Positions 52,539 through 63,349 of a DNA stretch of 64,000 bases are shown piece by piece. The stretch is from an uncultured archaeon (GTDB taxonomy: Archaea > Asgardarchaeota > Lokiarchaeia > Sigyniarchaeales > SOKP01). Numbering within the stretch: position 1 is the stretch's first letter; each line of letters opens with the position of its first letter. The stretch lies in the NCBI GenBank assembly GCA_964447495.1, contig CAYUTF010000001.1, positions 32,001 to 96,000 of the forward strand. The letters run 5' to 3'. The notes under the pieces were generated by a model. The model was not told the origin of the DNA. It ran no database searches and saw nothing but the letters and a program-made list of their open reading frames with translations. The translations under genes and the position numbers were made by a program.

Positions 52539-53561
52539 CTATAAACCTTCTCCTTTTAATTTTTCAATTAGTTCCTTCTGTTTTCGATTTAATTTTTTCG
52601 GAACTTGAATTTTAATCTTAACTAATTGATTACCTCTCTCCTCAGAATTTAACTTATAAAAACCTTTATTTTTTAATCGTAAAATAGTGGAATCTTTCGT
52701 TCCAGGAGGAACAGTTACACTGCTTGATTTTTCTATTCCAGGTACTTGTACTTTCCCTCCAAGTACCGCTGTTGTAAAAGGAATTTCTTGTTCTAAAAAG
52801 ATATCATCCTCATCTCTTTTAAAAATGTCATGACCAGATACATGAAGTATGATATATAAATCACCAGGTTCTCCACCATTATGGCCAGGTATTCCTTTTC
52901 CTTTTAATCGTAATTTTTGATCGTCTCTAACTCCTCTTGGAATAGTGACAGTAAGAGTTTTATTTTCTCCCGTAAGAGGGTCTTTATATTGAACTCTCTT
53001 TTTTCCTCCATTAAAGGCGTCCATAAAACTTATTTCCATATCATAACGTAAATCTTCTCCCTCACGGGGATAATTCTGAGTTCCAGAAGGTCTTGCTCTA
53101 GTACTGCCTCCATAATTAGAAAATACATCAAAAATATCTCCTAGATCATTAAAAAAGTCATAATTGGCAGTTCTTTTACCTCGCTTTTTGTTTGAGCCAA
53201 AAATCTCACTAAAATCAAATCCTCCAGGACCTCCTGAAGTTGAATAATAATATGTCGATCCATCAGGACTTTGATATACCTGTTGTCCTTCTGGATTATT
53301 AGCGTACTGTTGATAATTGAATTGCTCTCCATCTACAACTCCAAATTTATCATACATTTCTCGCTTCTTATCATCACTTAAAACACTATATGCTTCATTA
53401 ATTTCCTTAAACTTTTCACCCGATTTTGCCTCATCAGGATTTACATCTGGATGATACTTACGAGCCAATTTACGGAAAGCTCTCTTAATTTCCTCTTTTG
53501 TTGCACTTTTATCTATTTCTAAAACACTATAATAATCTTTTGGCATTATATACAACCCCAT
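52539..53561 (-). CDS. dnaJ: Class B J-domain protein (DnaJ without Zn finger; CbpA-like)
   Basis: HPD J-domain, G/F-rich region, no CxxCxGxG repeats, C-terminal substrate-binding domain. Confidence 0.85.
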   Translation of the reverse strand: MGLYIMPKDYYSVLEIDKSATKEEIKRAFRKLARKYHPDVNPDEAKSGEKFKEINEAYSVLSDDKKREMYDKFGVVDGEQFNYQQYANNPEGQQVYQSPDGSTYYYSTSGGPGGFDFSEIFGSNKKRGKRTANYDFFNDLGDIFDVFSNYGGSTRARPSGTQNYPREGEDLRYDMEISFMDAFNGGKKRVQYKDPLTGENKTLTVTIPRGVRDDQKLRLKGKGIPGHNGGEPGDLYIILHVSGHDIFKRDEDDIFLEQEIPFTTAVLGGKVQVPGIEKSSSVTVPPGTKDSTILRLKNKGFYKLNSEERGNQLVKIKIQVPKKLNRKQKELIEKLKGEGL

Positions 53562-53609
53562 AACAAATTTTACTAAATTTTAAAAAAAATATTATAAAAA
53601 TAAAAAAAT

Positions 53610-55508
53610 TTATTCATAATCTGCATCTACTACATTATCATCTTGACCTGTGGCTTTTCGAAATTGCTCTTCTTCGATTTCATCTTTTGATTTACCTTGA
53701 TTTCCATGGTTCGCTCCAGGTGGTGCTCCACCCATCCCTCCGGGAGGTGGTCCTTGACTTCCTTGTTGTTGTCCGTACATTCTTGAAGATACTTCATGTA
53801 GTGACTTCTGTAAAGCCTCACTTGTGGATTTAATTCGTTTTACGTCTTCAGCTTCAACGGCACTTCGTAATTCAGAAATCTTTTCTAGAATTCTCGATTT
53901 CAAATCTCCAATCACTGATTCATTATCTTTTAATAATTTCTCTGTTTGATAAATCAATGCTTCTGCTTGATTTTTCGCTTCAGTTAATTCTTTGAATTTT
54001 CTATCATCTTCAGCATGTCTCTCGGCTTCACGTACTTTTTGTTCAATATCATCTTCAGACATTTTCGTTGATGCAGTTATCGTGATTGATTGCATTTTTC
54101 CTGTACCTTTATCTTGTGCTGATACGTTAAGTATTCCATTTTGATCAATATCAAAAGTGACCTCAATCTGAGGAACGCCTCGAGGTGCGGGAGGGATTCC
54201 CGTTAAATGAAATTTACCTAAAGTAATATTATCTAAGGCTTTTGGTCGCTCTCCTTGTAATACATGAATCTCAACGGCGGGTTGATTGTCTGCTGCTGTA
54301 GAGAATGTCTCTTTCTTCTTCGTTGGAATCGTTGTGTTTCTATCGATTAATTTGGTAAACACTCCACCTAAAGTCTCAACTCCTAAGGATAATGGCGTAA
54401 CATCGAGTAATAGTAAATCTTCGACTTCACCAGTTAGTACTCCTCCTTGAACTGCGGCGCCAATTGCTACACATTCCATTGGATCAATGCTTCGCTCGGG
54501 TTTTCTGCCTAAAAATGATTCAAACTTATCTTGAACACTGGGCATTCGAGTAGGACCTCCGACTAAAATTACTTTATCGACTTCACCCTTCTGAAGACCT
54601 GCATCTCTTAATGCTTTAATAATAGGTGCTTCCAAGCGCGTTATAACCGGATCGATTAATTGTTCTAATTTTGCTCTCGTAAGGTTCATGTTTAGATGTT
54701 TCGCACCTGTATTTGTAGCTGTAATATAAGGTAAGTTGAGATCAGTTGTAATTGAAGTAGACAACTCAATTTTAGCTCGTTCTGCTGCTTCTTGTATTCG
54801 TTGCATTGCCATCGAATCACTTCGCAAATCAACACCTTCAGTTTTTTTGAATTCATCAACAATGTAATCTACAAGAATTTTATCCATATCAGTACCGCCT
54901 AACTGTGTGTCTCCTGCGGTAGAGATAACTTCAAAAATTTGATTATCCATCTCCATAATTGTAACATCAAATGTACCTCCACCTAAATCCAATACGGCTA
55001 TTTTCATATGCGCATCTTTCTTATCTAATCCATAAGCTATTGCTGCGGCAGTGGGCTCGTTAATTAAACGTTTAACATCTAATCCCGCGATCCTTCCCGC
55101 ATCTTTGGTAGCTTGTCTCTGATTATCATTGAAATATGCCGGTACGGTAATTATCGCTTCTGTAACCTCTTCTCCTAAGTACGCACTCGCATCTTCCCTG
55201 ATTTTACGTAATATCATTGCTGAAATCTCCTGAGGTGTGTAATCCTTACCGTCAATGGTCACTTTATATGAAGTCCCCATCTTTCGTTTAATTGCGGTAA
55301 TTGTTCTGTCAGGATTGGAAATCGCTTGTCTTCGAGCTGGCTCACCAACAAGTCTCTGCCCGTCCTTTGTAAAGGCTACTACTGAAGGAAAGGCTTTCCC
55401 ACCTAATGTGCTTCCCTCAGCACTCGGTATAATCGTTGGTTTTCCACCAATTAATACAGCTGCTGCTGAATTTGAAGTTCCAAGGTCAATTCCTATGATT
55501 TTACTCAT
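53610..55508 (-). CDS. dnaK: Hsp70 chaperone DnaK
   Basis: [45 protein letters not shown]. Confidence 0.97.
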   Translation of the reverse strand: MSKIIGIDLGTSNSAAAVLIGGKPTIIPSAEGSTLGGKAFPSVVAFTKDGQRLVGEPARRQAISNPDRTITAIKRKMGTSYKVTIDGKDYTPQEISAMILRKIREDASAYLGEEVTEAIITVPAYFNDNQRQATKDAGRIAGLDVKRLINEPTAAAIAYGLDKKDAHMKIAVLDLGGGTFDVTIMEMDNQIFEVISTAGDTQLGGTDMDKILVDYIVDEFKKTEGVDLRSDSMAMQRIQEAAERAKIELSTSITTDLNLPYITATNTGAKHLNMNLTRAKLEQLIDPVITRLEAPIIKALRDAGLQKGEVDKVILVGGPTRMPSVQDKFESFLGRKPERSIDPMECVAIGAAVQGGVLTGEVEDLLLLDVTPLSLGVETLGGVFTKLIDRNTTIPTKKKETFSTAADNQPAVEIHVLQGERPKALDNITLGKFHLTGIPPAPRGVPQIEVTFDIDQNGILNVSAQDKGTGKMQSITITASTKMSEDDIEQKVREAERHAEDDRKFKELTEAKNQAEALIYQTEKLLKDNESVIGDLKSRILEKISELRSAVEAEDVKRIKSTSEALQKSLHEVSSRMYGQQQGSQGPPPGGMGGAPPGANHGNQGKSKDEIEEEQFRKATGQDDNVVDADYE

Positions 55509-55602
55509 ACTTTTTCACTCCTTTTTTATTTTTTATTTTTTAATTTTTTATTTAATTATTTATTCAATTTTTTGTTTTGATTTTTTATTTTAAATTTCAT
55601 TT

Positions 55603-56283
55603 TTAAATTACATCTTTAATTTTTGATACTTTCACCCTTGCGGGTTTCAATACCTTGTTATTTAAATAATAACCTTTATCAATTTCTTCTAAAATAGTAT
55701 TTTCTGGAAGATCATTATTCTCTTCTACCAAAATCGCATCATGCTTATACGGATCAAATTTTTCCCCTTTACAATTCATCGGTTTAACCCCTTCCTCTTC
55801 AAGAATCTTCTCGAAATTGCTAATGATCATTTTGAATCCTTTTTGTATTGACTCATCACTATTATTGACTTCTAAGATTTTTAAAGCTCGCAATAAATCT
55901 TCATAATGATTTATTAGCTTTTTAACGATTTTTTCCTTAAGTATCGTGTCATAGTGCTCTTTATCACGCTGAACTGATTTTTTATAATTTTCAAAATCCG
56001 CTTGCGTTCTCACCAGTGAATTTAAGTACTTGTCCGTCTTCTCCTTTAACTCTTTTAGCCGCCGACCGTCGTCTTTTAAATCGTTAAGCTCCTTATGAAG
56101 CGCTGTTTTTTCAGCTTGGGCTTGATCTAACTTTTTTGCTAAAATTTCGTAATTGGTTGCTATATCCTTTAGTCTCTTGTATTCTTGCCTTGATATAGCC
56201 ACCTTATTATTAGGATCTTCCAATGCTTTCCTTTGGTTAAAAAAATCTCCATAAAAGTCTTCAAACACCATATTTTTTACCAT
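55603..56283 (-). CDS. grpE: Nucleotide exchange factor GrpE
   Basis: RTQADFENYKK, FDPYKHDA, KGYYLNNKVLKPARVKV. Confidence 0.92.
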   Translation of the reverse strand: MVKNMVFEDFYGDFFNQRKALEDPNNKVAISRQEYKRLKDIATNYEILAKKLDQAQAEKTALHKELNDLKDDGRRLKELKEKTDKYLNSLVRTQADFENYKKSVQRDKEHYDTILKEKIVKKLINHYEDLLRALKILEVNNSDESIQKGFKMIISNFEKILEEEGVKPMNCKGEKFDPYKHDAILVEENNDLPENTILEEIDKGYYLNNKVLKPARVKVSKIKDVI

Positions 56284-56304
56284 TTTATTTTTCTATTATT
56301 TCTC

Positions 56305-56321
56305 GTCAATCCTTAATTGAC
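56305..56321. promoter_or_regulatory. Inverted repeat GTCAAT-N5-ATTGAC upstream of grpE (possible operator)
   Basis: Perfect 6-bp IR between a minus-strand TTTAAATA (56355-62) and the grpE start. Confidence 0.35.
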
Positions 56322-56512
56322 AATCATTCGTTAATAACTAAGTATGACAATAAGTATTTAAATGTTTTGATTTTATATTATAAATACCTTTTATGCATGC
56401 GAAAGTCTGGTATTTCTTTCAAAGTTTCAATAAATTCAACAATATTTAGAGAATTCATTAATTCGTATAATAGTATATATTTAAATAGTTTAGTTTCTAC
56501 ATTATTAGTGTA

Positions 56513-57898
56513 ATGCCGAAACCAAGTCCAGAAGAGATAATTAATGGGCTAAAGCGGGGGGATTTAGCAAAAAGCGATGCCATTGCACTCTTGATCTCCT
56601 ATATAAAAAACAGTGAAAAGAAGGAAGAGCGAGTCAAAAGTATTGAGCTTTTAAACCAATTAGAGATGGAAGATGAAGGTTTATTTGATACATTTGAAGA
56701 ATTGGCAGTATCTGATTCGGATTATGAAATAAGCGCTCTTTCCGCTGAGATAATAATAAAGAGCTATTTTGAAAGGGGTTTAAAATCGATTAAATGGATT
56801 TTAGAGCACTTTAGTTCGCCATATCAGCTTGCGAAGGTGTTGCGTTCACTTCTGAGGTACAAACCAGACTTTTTACGGACATTTTTACTAGAGGAGCTGG
56901 ATAATATTGTTTTAGGGTATATCAAACAGTTTCACCATTTACATAAATCGTTTATCAACGGTCTAATTGCCGATTACAAAGAAATTTTTAAAAATAGGGA
57001 AATATCGGAGTTTTCGACTGAGCATTTAATGGACATACTCATTAACTTTCAAACTGTGGTATTTATTGATGTATATTATGAAATTTGGGGCACTCTTGTG
57101 GTTTATTTCAAGGACGGGTACGTAGTCGAGTTTGAGATGGAATTTCCTCCCGAAGATATAAAAAAGATTGGCGATTTCGAAGGAATCTTTAATTTTGAAA
57201 GATTAGAGCGAATCTCATTAACATATACGTCTCTTGAAGATCTTGAAGGGATTGAGAAGTTTACTAAGCTTATACATTTGGGTATTAGACAAAGTGAGCT
57301 AAAGGAGATGAAGCATGTTAATAAATTAAAAAATTTAGAGATTTTGGCTTTAATGGGCAGTAAATTGACAGAAATAGCTGGATCAGAGGGTTTGCAGAAG
57401 TTAAACGAGTTGCACTTAGAGTCGAATGCGATCAGAGAAATTAAGAATTTAGATTCTCTAAAAAATTTGGAGTTTCTTGCCTTAAATTTTAATAAGATTC
57501 AAGAAATTAAGGGTTTGGAAAATTTAACTAATATTAGAACTATATATTTGGCTGGGAATAAGATTACTAAAATAAGTGGATTGGAGACTTTAACAAATTT
57601 AGAAGATTTGGATCTTGCAGAAAATAGGGTAAAAAAGATAGAGGGCCTTGAAGGATTAACAAAATTAGAAAGGTTAGATTTAGATATGAATGAGATCGAG
57701 ATTTTAGAAAACATAGCGCAGTTGGAAGCTTTGGAGTCTTTAACTCTAAGCAATAATAGGATTTCGCAGATTAAGGGATTGGAAAAGAGAATTAACCACA
57801 TCGTTATATTTTTAGAGGGAAATCCACTTTCAGAGAATGTAATTAAGTATGTGCAAGAATTCACAAATAAAAAAAAAAAGATAGTAATTAAATTTTAA
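56513..57898 (+). CDS. HEAT-like N-domain + SDS22-type leucine-rich repeat protein
   Basis: Repeated LxxLxxLxLxxNxIxxIxGL units (e.g. LEFLALNFNKIQEIKGLEN). Confidence 0.88.
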   Translation: MPKPSPEEIINGLKRGDLAKSDAIALLISYIKNSEKKEERVKSIELLNQLEMEDEGLFDTFEELAVSDSDYEISALSAEIIIKSYFERGLKSIKWILEHFSSPYQLAKVLRSLLRYKPDFLRTFLLEELDNIVLGYIKQFHHLHKSFINGLIADYKEIFKNREISEFSTEHLMDILINFQTVVFIDVYYEIWGTLVVYFKDGYVVEFEMEFPPEDIKKIGDFEGIFNFERLERISLTYTSLEDLEGIEKFTKLIHLGIRQSELKEMKHVNKLKNLEILALMGSKLTEIAGSEGLQKLNELHLESNAIREIKNLDSLKNLEFLALNFNKIQEIKGLENLTNIRTIYLAGNKITKISGLETLTNLEDLDLAENRVKKIEGLEGLTKLERLDLDMNEIEILENIAQLEALESLTLSNNRISQIKGLEKRINHIVIFLEGNPLSENVIKYVQEFTNKKKKIVIKF

Positions 57899-57903
57899 TC
57901 TCT

Positions 57904-58149
57904 TTATCTGAATTTCGTTGGGAACAGTTTTTTTCCGATGAACGCAGCGAAAGCAAGTATTAATGCAAACGGACCGAATCGTGAGACGAAGTCCAGTTCT
58001 CCTGGAGGAGGAGGCATTCTGCTATGATCCTTGTCTTTGCTTGGTTCATCATCATCTTCTTGGCAATTGGATCAAACTCCGTTAAATTCTTCAGGTAACA
58101 GATGGGACTGAGGAAAGTTGTTTAGTTTACTATTTAACCATAAATGCAA
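57904..58149 (-). pseudogene. Small Pro-rich single-TM ORF with in-frame TGA (58072-74); 37-aa ORF from ATG 58017 as alternative
   Basis: Reads ...LLPEEFNGV*SNCQEDDDEPSKDKDHSRMPPPPGELDFVSRFGPFALILAFAAFIGKKLFPTKFR; GC content higher than flanks. Confidence 0.4.
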
Positions 58150-58188
58150 AAGCTTTTTTAACTAAAAATTTTAAACTATAATAGTAGG

Positions 58189-58788
58189 GTGAAATTATTG
58201 GAAAGATGGAAAGGTGCATTTTATTCTGGATTATTGCTGGTAATTGTTGGTTTAAGTGTTCCAGTGGTAGGATTAATCTTTTTTTTTATTGAACCATCAA
58301 ATCAAGATACTATGTTTTTTGATTACTTATCTCGGTACTTAATCGGGGGGTTGCCGTTATTAATTTGGGGTATTGTACAAATGTATACTTCTTATAAACA
58401 TCGGGAAGATATCACATATTTTGCTCATGGTGTTTTGTTTATTGATACGAAAAGTTTGAAAGGTCTGTTAAACGATGGAATTATTGAGGGAAAAGGAACT
58501 TATATGGAACCCTATTATATTGTTAAACGTGAGTATAATATTGGGCTGATTAGGATAAGAGATATTGAAGATTTTTTACTTATAGAAGGATGGAACATCC
58601 CAGTTCTTATTATTTTCAAATGTGAAAACATTATAATTGATTATAATATTTTTAAAAAAGTTAAAATTAGAGAATCTCACAACCTAACCCTTAAAAACAA
58701 TACAATCGAATTTTTACATCTCATTAATGCATATTTCGATTTAAGAGAAAATAATGATATTAAAAAGCTTAGAGAAGTCTTTCCTTAG
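58189..58788 (+). CDS. Hypothetical protein, 2 TM segments + short beta-helix-like C-terminus
   Basis: Hydrophobic N-terminus; G.GT..EPY.I followed by IxxCxNIxI-type repeats. Confidence 0.65.
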   Translation: MKLLERWKGAFYSGLLLVIVGLSVPVVGLIFFFIEPSNQDTMFFDYLSRYLIGGLPLLIWGIVQMYTSYKHREDITYFAHGVLFIDTKSLKGLLNDGIIEGKGTYMEPYYIVKREYNIGLIRIRDIEDFLLIEGWNIPVLIIFKCENIIIDYNIFKKVKIRESHNLTLKNNTIEFLHLINAYFDLRENNDIKKLREVFP

Positions 58789-58965
58789 TTAAAATAACCA
58801 AAAATCATAGTTAAATGAGGATTACTTTATTTTTTTCTTCAAAATAATGATTCTGCTCAAACATTAGTATTGAAGTTTTATTCTAAAATGAATCATTTTT
58901 AATCATTTAAAGCTCAAGAATAAAATCTTCGTTTTATTTAATAGGTTAATAAACATAATTCTTAA

Positions 58966-59436
58966 TTGACTAAAATGAGTGAAAAAAACAATGAAAATTT
59001 ACCAAACCAAAATGATCAAAAACCTTCAAAACCTAAATGGTGGAAACCGTTTTGGATATTGACTGCTATTTCGATGGTCGGTTCGGGAGTTTTTTCTTAT
59101 TTTTTCTTACATACCGAATTTGTACGTATTATTTTCTATGAAATTCTATTTTCATTAGTCTTGGGTGGTGCCTATTATTTCCGCGTAAGACCTTCTAAGA
59201 AGGTAAATAAAATAGTTTTCATTTTATTTGGAATCACTCCAATTGGGTTTGGATTATGGATAATATACGCAGTTATGTGTGGTTTATCCAATTTTTGCCA
59301 GTTCCTAAACAATCTTAGACCTTATGGGGTTTGGCTTAATTTAACATTTCAAATAATTCTTTTTATTATAGGAGGATTTATTGGGAATTGGATTGGTAAA
59401 AAAAGAGATTATAGAATTCCTTTCAGCCTATATTAA
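58966..59436 (+). CDS. Hypothetical 4-TM membrane protein
   Basis: Hydrophobic ORF ending GGFIGNWIGKKRDY; likely ATG at 58975. Confidence 0.7.
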   Translation: MTKMSEKNNENLPNQNDQKPSKPKWWKPFWILTAISMVGSGVFSYFFLHTEFVRIIFYEILFSLVLGGAYYFRVRPSKKVNKIVFILFGITPIGFGLWIIYAVMCGLSNFCQFLNNLRPYGVWLNLTFQIILFIIGGFIGNWIGKKRDYRIPFSLY

Positions 59437-59513
59437 AATTTTAATAAACTTAAAAATTAAACTGCTCCTGTCTTATTCCTATACAAGAATTTTCCTAATT
59501 CTTAAACCTTTAA

Positions 59514-59720
59514 TTATTTGATTTCTTATTTCGAAGACTAATAGGAGGAATGCCATTTATTATTTTTGGTCTTATAAATATGTTTCTTTCTTATAAAAAG
59601 CGCGAAGATCACACTTATTTTTCTCAAGGAGTAATGCTTATTAATCAAAAAACTCTTTGGAATTTACTATACGAAGGAGTTATTTCGATAGGAAAGAAAA
59701 CAATACCATCAATAAAATAA
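59514..59720 (+). pseudogene. Truncated paralog fragment of 58189-58788
   Basis: FDFLFRRLIGGMPFIIFGLINMFLSYKKREDHTYFSQGVMLI aligns with FDYLSRYLIGGLPLLIWGIVQMYTSYKHREDITYFAHGVLFI; flanked by stops. Confidence 0.75.
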
Positions 59721-59759
59721 CAGAATTTAAGCCTTGAATTTTTAACCTATCTATAAAGA

Positions 59760-60221
59760 TTATATATTATTCCTTTCGCAAACATCCTTAAGCTTATTTA
59801 AAGCATTGTTCCATGCTCTATCAAAAAAATTGTAGGCTTCAAGCCAGTTCTCATCATTTCTCCAGCCAGTATGAAACAATTGCACTAAAGTTTTATTTGG
59901 ATTATCAACCGCATTATTGAAGGTGATAATCACATGCGTCAGGGGTTCGGCTGTATTCATAAAGGATTTAAACTGTACTGGTCCTTTCCATTCAAATGAG
60001 ATAAAGGTATCTTCTTCAAATCCGGTGATTTTGCACCCAATCGTGCTATTAATTTCTTTATTTTCAGGCTCCCAGAAGAGCTCATATTTCCCTCCTAAAT
60101 GTGGTTGAACATCGGCTTTTTCTGTGAGCCACTTTTCTAATAATTCATTAGCTGTAAAAAACTCAAACGCTCGGTGAACATTACACTCAAGCTCTAGCTT
60201 AATATGTATGATTTTTTGCAT
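59760..60221 (-). CDS. SRPBCC/AHSA1-like domain protein
   Basis: AFEFFT..ELLEKW...GGKY...ISFEW...T.V.L.HTGW...W. Confidence 0.85.
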   Translation of the reverse strand: MQKIIHIKLELECNVHRAFEFFTANELLEKWLTEKADVQPHLGGKYELFWEPENKEINSTIGCKITGFEEDTFISFEWKGPVQFKSFMNTAEPLTHVIITFNNAVDNPNKTLVQLFHTGWRNDENWLEAYNFFDRAWNNALNKLKDVCERNNI

Positions 60222-60327
60222 GATGCTAAACCATTAACCTTTTGATTGAAAATATCTTCCATAGTATTAAATTATGTGTTGAATTTAAAATTTTTACTAT
60301 TAGATAAACCATAAAAGATGGAGTATT

Positions 60328-61545
60328 ATGAAGTATAGAAGGATGGGCAATCTAGATTGGGAGGTTTCAGCCTTAGGTTTTGGGTGCATGCGGTTGCCAA
60401 CAATAAACGTAAAAGATGAAAAGACAAATGAAAGTAGGCAAGTAATAAATAAAGAGTACGCAATAGAGATGATAAGGTATGGCATTGATAATGGAATCAA
60501 TTATATCGACACTGCTTGGCCTTATCATGAGGGAGAAAGCGAAATAGTAGTTGGAGAAGCACTTAAAGACGGCTATCGGGAAAAAGTGAAGTTAGTTACG
60601 AAACTTCCAACGTGGTTAATAAAGGATGAGAACGATTTTGATACGTTCTTAGTAAAACAACTTAAAAAACTACAAACTGATTATTTAGATATTTACCTCT
60701 TTCATTCTCTTGGGAAAAGCCATTTTGAGATTGTTAAAAAGTGCAATTTAATTAAAAAGATGGAGGAAGCAAGAGGGAATGGGTTAGTCAAGCATATTGG
60801 ATTTTCATTCCATGATTCGTTAAAGGTTTTCAAAGAAATCATTGATTATTATGATTGGGACGCCGCTCAAATTCAGTATAATTACTTCGACATTAATTAT
60901 CAAGCAGGAGTAAAGGGTTTGAAATATGCTGCGGATAAAGGGATTGCGATGATTATTATGGAACCCCTCTGGGGAGGAAAATTAACGCGCTCATTTTTCG
61001 AAGTAGAGGATGTCATAAAAAAAGCTCATATTAAGCGATCTCTCGCAGATTGGGCTCTCCAATTTCTATGGAATCAGCCAGAAGTGTCTGTAGTGTTATC
61101 TGGAATGGGGGAATTATGGCAAGTTAAAGAAAACATTGAGAGTGCCAAAAATTCAGCAATTAATTCATTGAAGGGTGAGGAAATGGACGTAATTTCAAAA
61201 TTGCGAGTGAATTTTTCCAAGTTTATTACAATCCCTTGTACTTCCTGCGAGTATTGCATTCCCTGTCCGAATTCTGTAAACATTCCCCTGAATTTACGGA
61301 TATTAAACGATTTTATTTGGTTTGGAGAAGAACATAGGGAACGATTTAAGGGAATGTATACCAAATTCTTAAAAACTGAAGAGGAAATGAAGGAATCGGG
61401 AGCAGAAGGGGCGGGAAATGCAAGTTTGTGTATAGAATGTGGGGAGTGTCTTGAAAAATGTCCCCAAAAAATTCCAATTCCCGATGTTTTAAAGAAAGTA
61501 GATGAAATTTTAGGGAAAAACAAGAAAATTACTGATTATTTTTAA
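60328..61545 (+). CDS. Aldo/keto reductase with C-terminal 4Fe-4S domain
   Basis: SALGFGCMRLP, YIDTAWPY, IGFSFH, CTSCEYCIPCP, CIECGECLEKCPQ. Confidence 0.92.
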   Translation: MKYRRMGNLDWEVSALGFGCMRLPTINVKDEKTNESRQVINKEYAIEMIRYGIDNGINYIDTAWPYHEGESEIVVGEALKDGYREKVKLVTKLPTWLIKDENDFDTFLVKQLKKLQTDYLDIYLFHSLGKSHFEIVKKCNLIKKMEEARGNGLVKHIGFSFHDSLKVFKEIIDYYDWDAAQIQYNYFDINYQAGVKGLKYAADKGIAMIIMEPLWGGKLTRSFFEVEDVIKKAHIKRSLADWALQFLWNQPEVSVVLSGMGELWQVKENIESAKNSAINSLKGEEMDVISKLRVNFSKFITIPCTSCEYCIPCPNSVNIPLNLRILNDFIWFGEEHRERFKGMYTKFLKTEEEMKESGAEGAGNASLCIECGECLEKCPQKIPIPDVLKKVDEILGKNKKITDYF

Positions 61546-61626
61546 ATCAATTTCTCTTTAATTGCTTCAGAAGATTTATAAATATGAAGCGTCTTCATCT
61601 TCAAAAAAGAATTATTGTGAAAAATT

Positions 61627-62511
61627 ATGGGAACTTTCAAAGATCAATATAAGAATATGAATCAAGCATACAAAGCTTCTTCAAAGATACTTGAAAAGCG
61701 AATGGAAAAAGAGAGACCGCTGGATTTAGAGATTTTGAAAAAAGTCGACGAGTCTTCCATTATAATTGTAGCGGGAACTTACGATAAAATAGAGTTAGTA
61801 TTAGACTTAATCAATATACCTTACGTACTTATTCAACCGCATGATTTTGATAAAATTAATTTAAAGCCGGATCAAATTTTAATTATCAACTGTCCAGGAA
61901 ATATTACGGAAGGGCTTGAAAAGATCAAAACCTTTGTAAAAAAAGGGGGGTTTTTGTTTACAACCGATTGGGCATTATTAAATATCCTAGAGAAAATATT
62001 TCCGAGCTACGTAAAATACAATCAGAGACCTACTGCTGACGATTGTGTGCGAGTCGAGGTGGTTGATAAATCCAATAAGTTTCTCGAAGGATTATTTCAA
62101 GGAGATGCGGATCCGATATGGTGGCTGGAGAGCTCTTCTTATCCAATTGAAATTCTTGATAAGGAAAAAATAAAAGTCTTAGTCAGAAGCAAAGAGATGA
62201 AAGAAAAGTATGGAGAAGCTCCAATTGTGATAACTTTTGATTATGGGGATGGCGGAACTGTACTGCACATGACCAGCCACTATTATCTTCAACGATCAGA
62301 GTTAAGAACAAAACGCCACAAATCAAGCGCGAAAGATTATTTAGTATCCGAAATGGGCTTTTCTAAAAAAGAAGCAGATGAGATTGAAGAACTCGAAGGG
62401 CTTTCTCTTGGAGAAGCAGAAAATGCATACTCCACAACTCAATTTATTAGCAATGTAATAGTCGAGCAACAGAAGAAAGTGAAAAAAAGAAAAGAACAGA
62501 ATAAAGAATAA
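61627..62511 (+). CDS. Hypothetical protein (class I glutamine-amidotransferase-like fold possible)
   Basis: ILIINCPG, FVKKGGFLFTTDWAL, G.G.V.H.TSH. Confidence 0.7.
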   Translation: MGTFKDQYKNMNQAYKASSKILEKRMEKERPLDLEILKKVDESSIIIVAGTYDKIELVLDLINIPYVLIQPHDFDKINLKPDQILIINCPGNITEGLEKIKTFVKKGGFLFTTDWALLNILEKIFPSYVKYNQRPTADDCVRVEVVDKSNKFLEGLFQGDADPIWWLESSSYPIEILDKEKIKVLVRSKEMKEKYGEAPIVITFDYGDGGTVLHMTSHYYLQRSELRTKRHKSSAKDYLVSEMGFSKKEADEIEELEGLSLGEAENAYSTTQFISNVIVEQQKKVKKRKEQNKE

Positions 62512-62557
62512 GTAAATATTTCTGTGGAAGAAACTTTAGTTTTTGAATAGTGAGAGG

Positions 62558-62758
62558 CTATAACTCTCTTAAATTTTTTTTAATTTTGTTATAAAGGTTT
62601 TTTAATCCAATATCTTCAATAAAGGAATCAAATTTTGATTTTGGCTGGATTTTATTTTCAGAAACAGGTTTAGATGCAATAATTAAATCTGAACCACAAT
62701 ACTCGCATACCTTTTGGTTCCTATCGAAATACTCTTTATTACAGTTAGGACAATTCAT
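62558..62758 (-). CDS. Zinc-ribbon domain small protein
   Basis: CPNC...CEYCGSDL. Confidence 0.7.
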   Translation of the reverse strand: MNCPNCNKEYFDRNQKVCEYCGSDLIIASKPVSENKIQPKSKFDSFIEDIGLKNLYNKIKKNLREL

Positions 62759-62845
62759 TTGATTGAAATAATTTTTAGTTAAATAATAGTATATTATTCA
62801 AAAATATAAGATTTTCAATTTCAATAAAAATAAAAAAGAAAAAAA

Positions 62846-63349
62846 TTAGTTTGTTGGTTCAGCTTTAGGCTCAGGCGTAGATTTAGGTTTCGGTGCTTTT
62901 TGTTCTGTAGACCATTGATATTCCTTTGGTCCTACGAAAAGCAGTAAAACCGCAGGAAGTAAGATTGCTAAACCGCCCCAACCGTACCAACCAAAAAGTT
63001 CAAAAATTATACCCCAGATTAACATCCAAGGAAGCTTAAATGATCCCAATGGTAAGTACCAGCCATATAGAGCGTCCCAATCTTTATTGGCGCATTTATT
63101 GGAAAATTTAGGTCTAATTATAACAAAACTTACCAAGATCAAAATTATACCGCCAATTATTTGCCAGATATCATAAAATGAAACTGAATAGTAGAGGTAC
63201 CCATATGGATAAAAAGAAATCCAATACAATGTAGTAGCAATACCAGCAATGCCAAAAATTACAGCTAAAATTCCATTTACAAGTCCTAATATCCAAGCCC
63301 ATTTTCCAATTTTTGATACCAAAGATGCGTGTTGCCATTCTTCACTCAT
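62846..63349 (-). CDS. Hypothetical membrane protein
   Basis: About 4 TM segments, Trp/Gly-rich; GAGG upstream. Confidence 0.75.
   Translation of the reverse strand: MSEEWQHASLVSKIGKWAWILGLVNGILAVIFGIAGIATTLYWISFYPYGYLYYSVSFYDIWQIIGGIILILVSFVIIRPKFSNKCANKDWDALYGWYLPLGSFKLPWMLIWGIIFELFGWYGWGGLAILLPAVLLLFVGPKEYQWSTEQKAPKPKSTPEPKAEPTN

Noticed and set aside
53700-53775. GC-rich stretch at the dnaK 3' end
   Set aside because: Encodes the usual Gly/Pro-rich Hsp70 tail ([12 protein letters not shown]); the terminus is bacterial-type VVDADYE, not EEVD.
57935-57995. Hammerhead-like CCGATGA...CGAAA and hairpin GGAC...GTCC
   Set aside because: Core should be CUGAUGA and stems I/III are not evident; the stretch is better explained as antisense of a small ORF.
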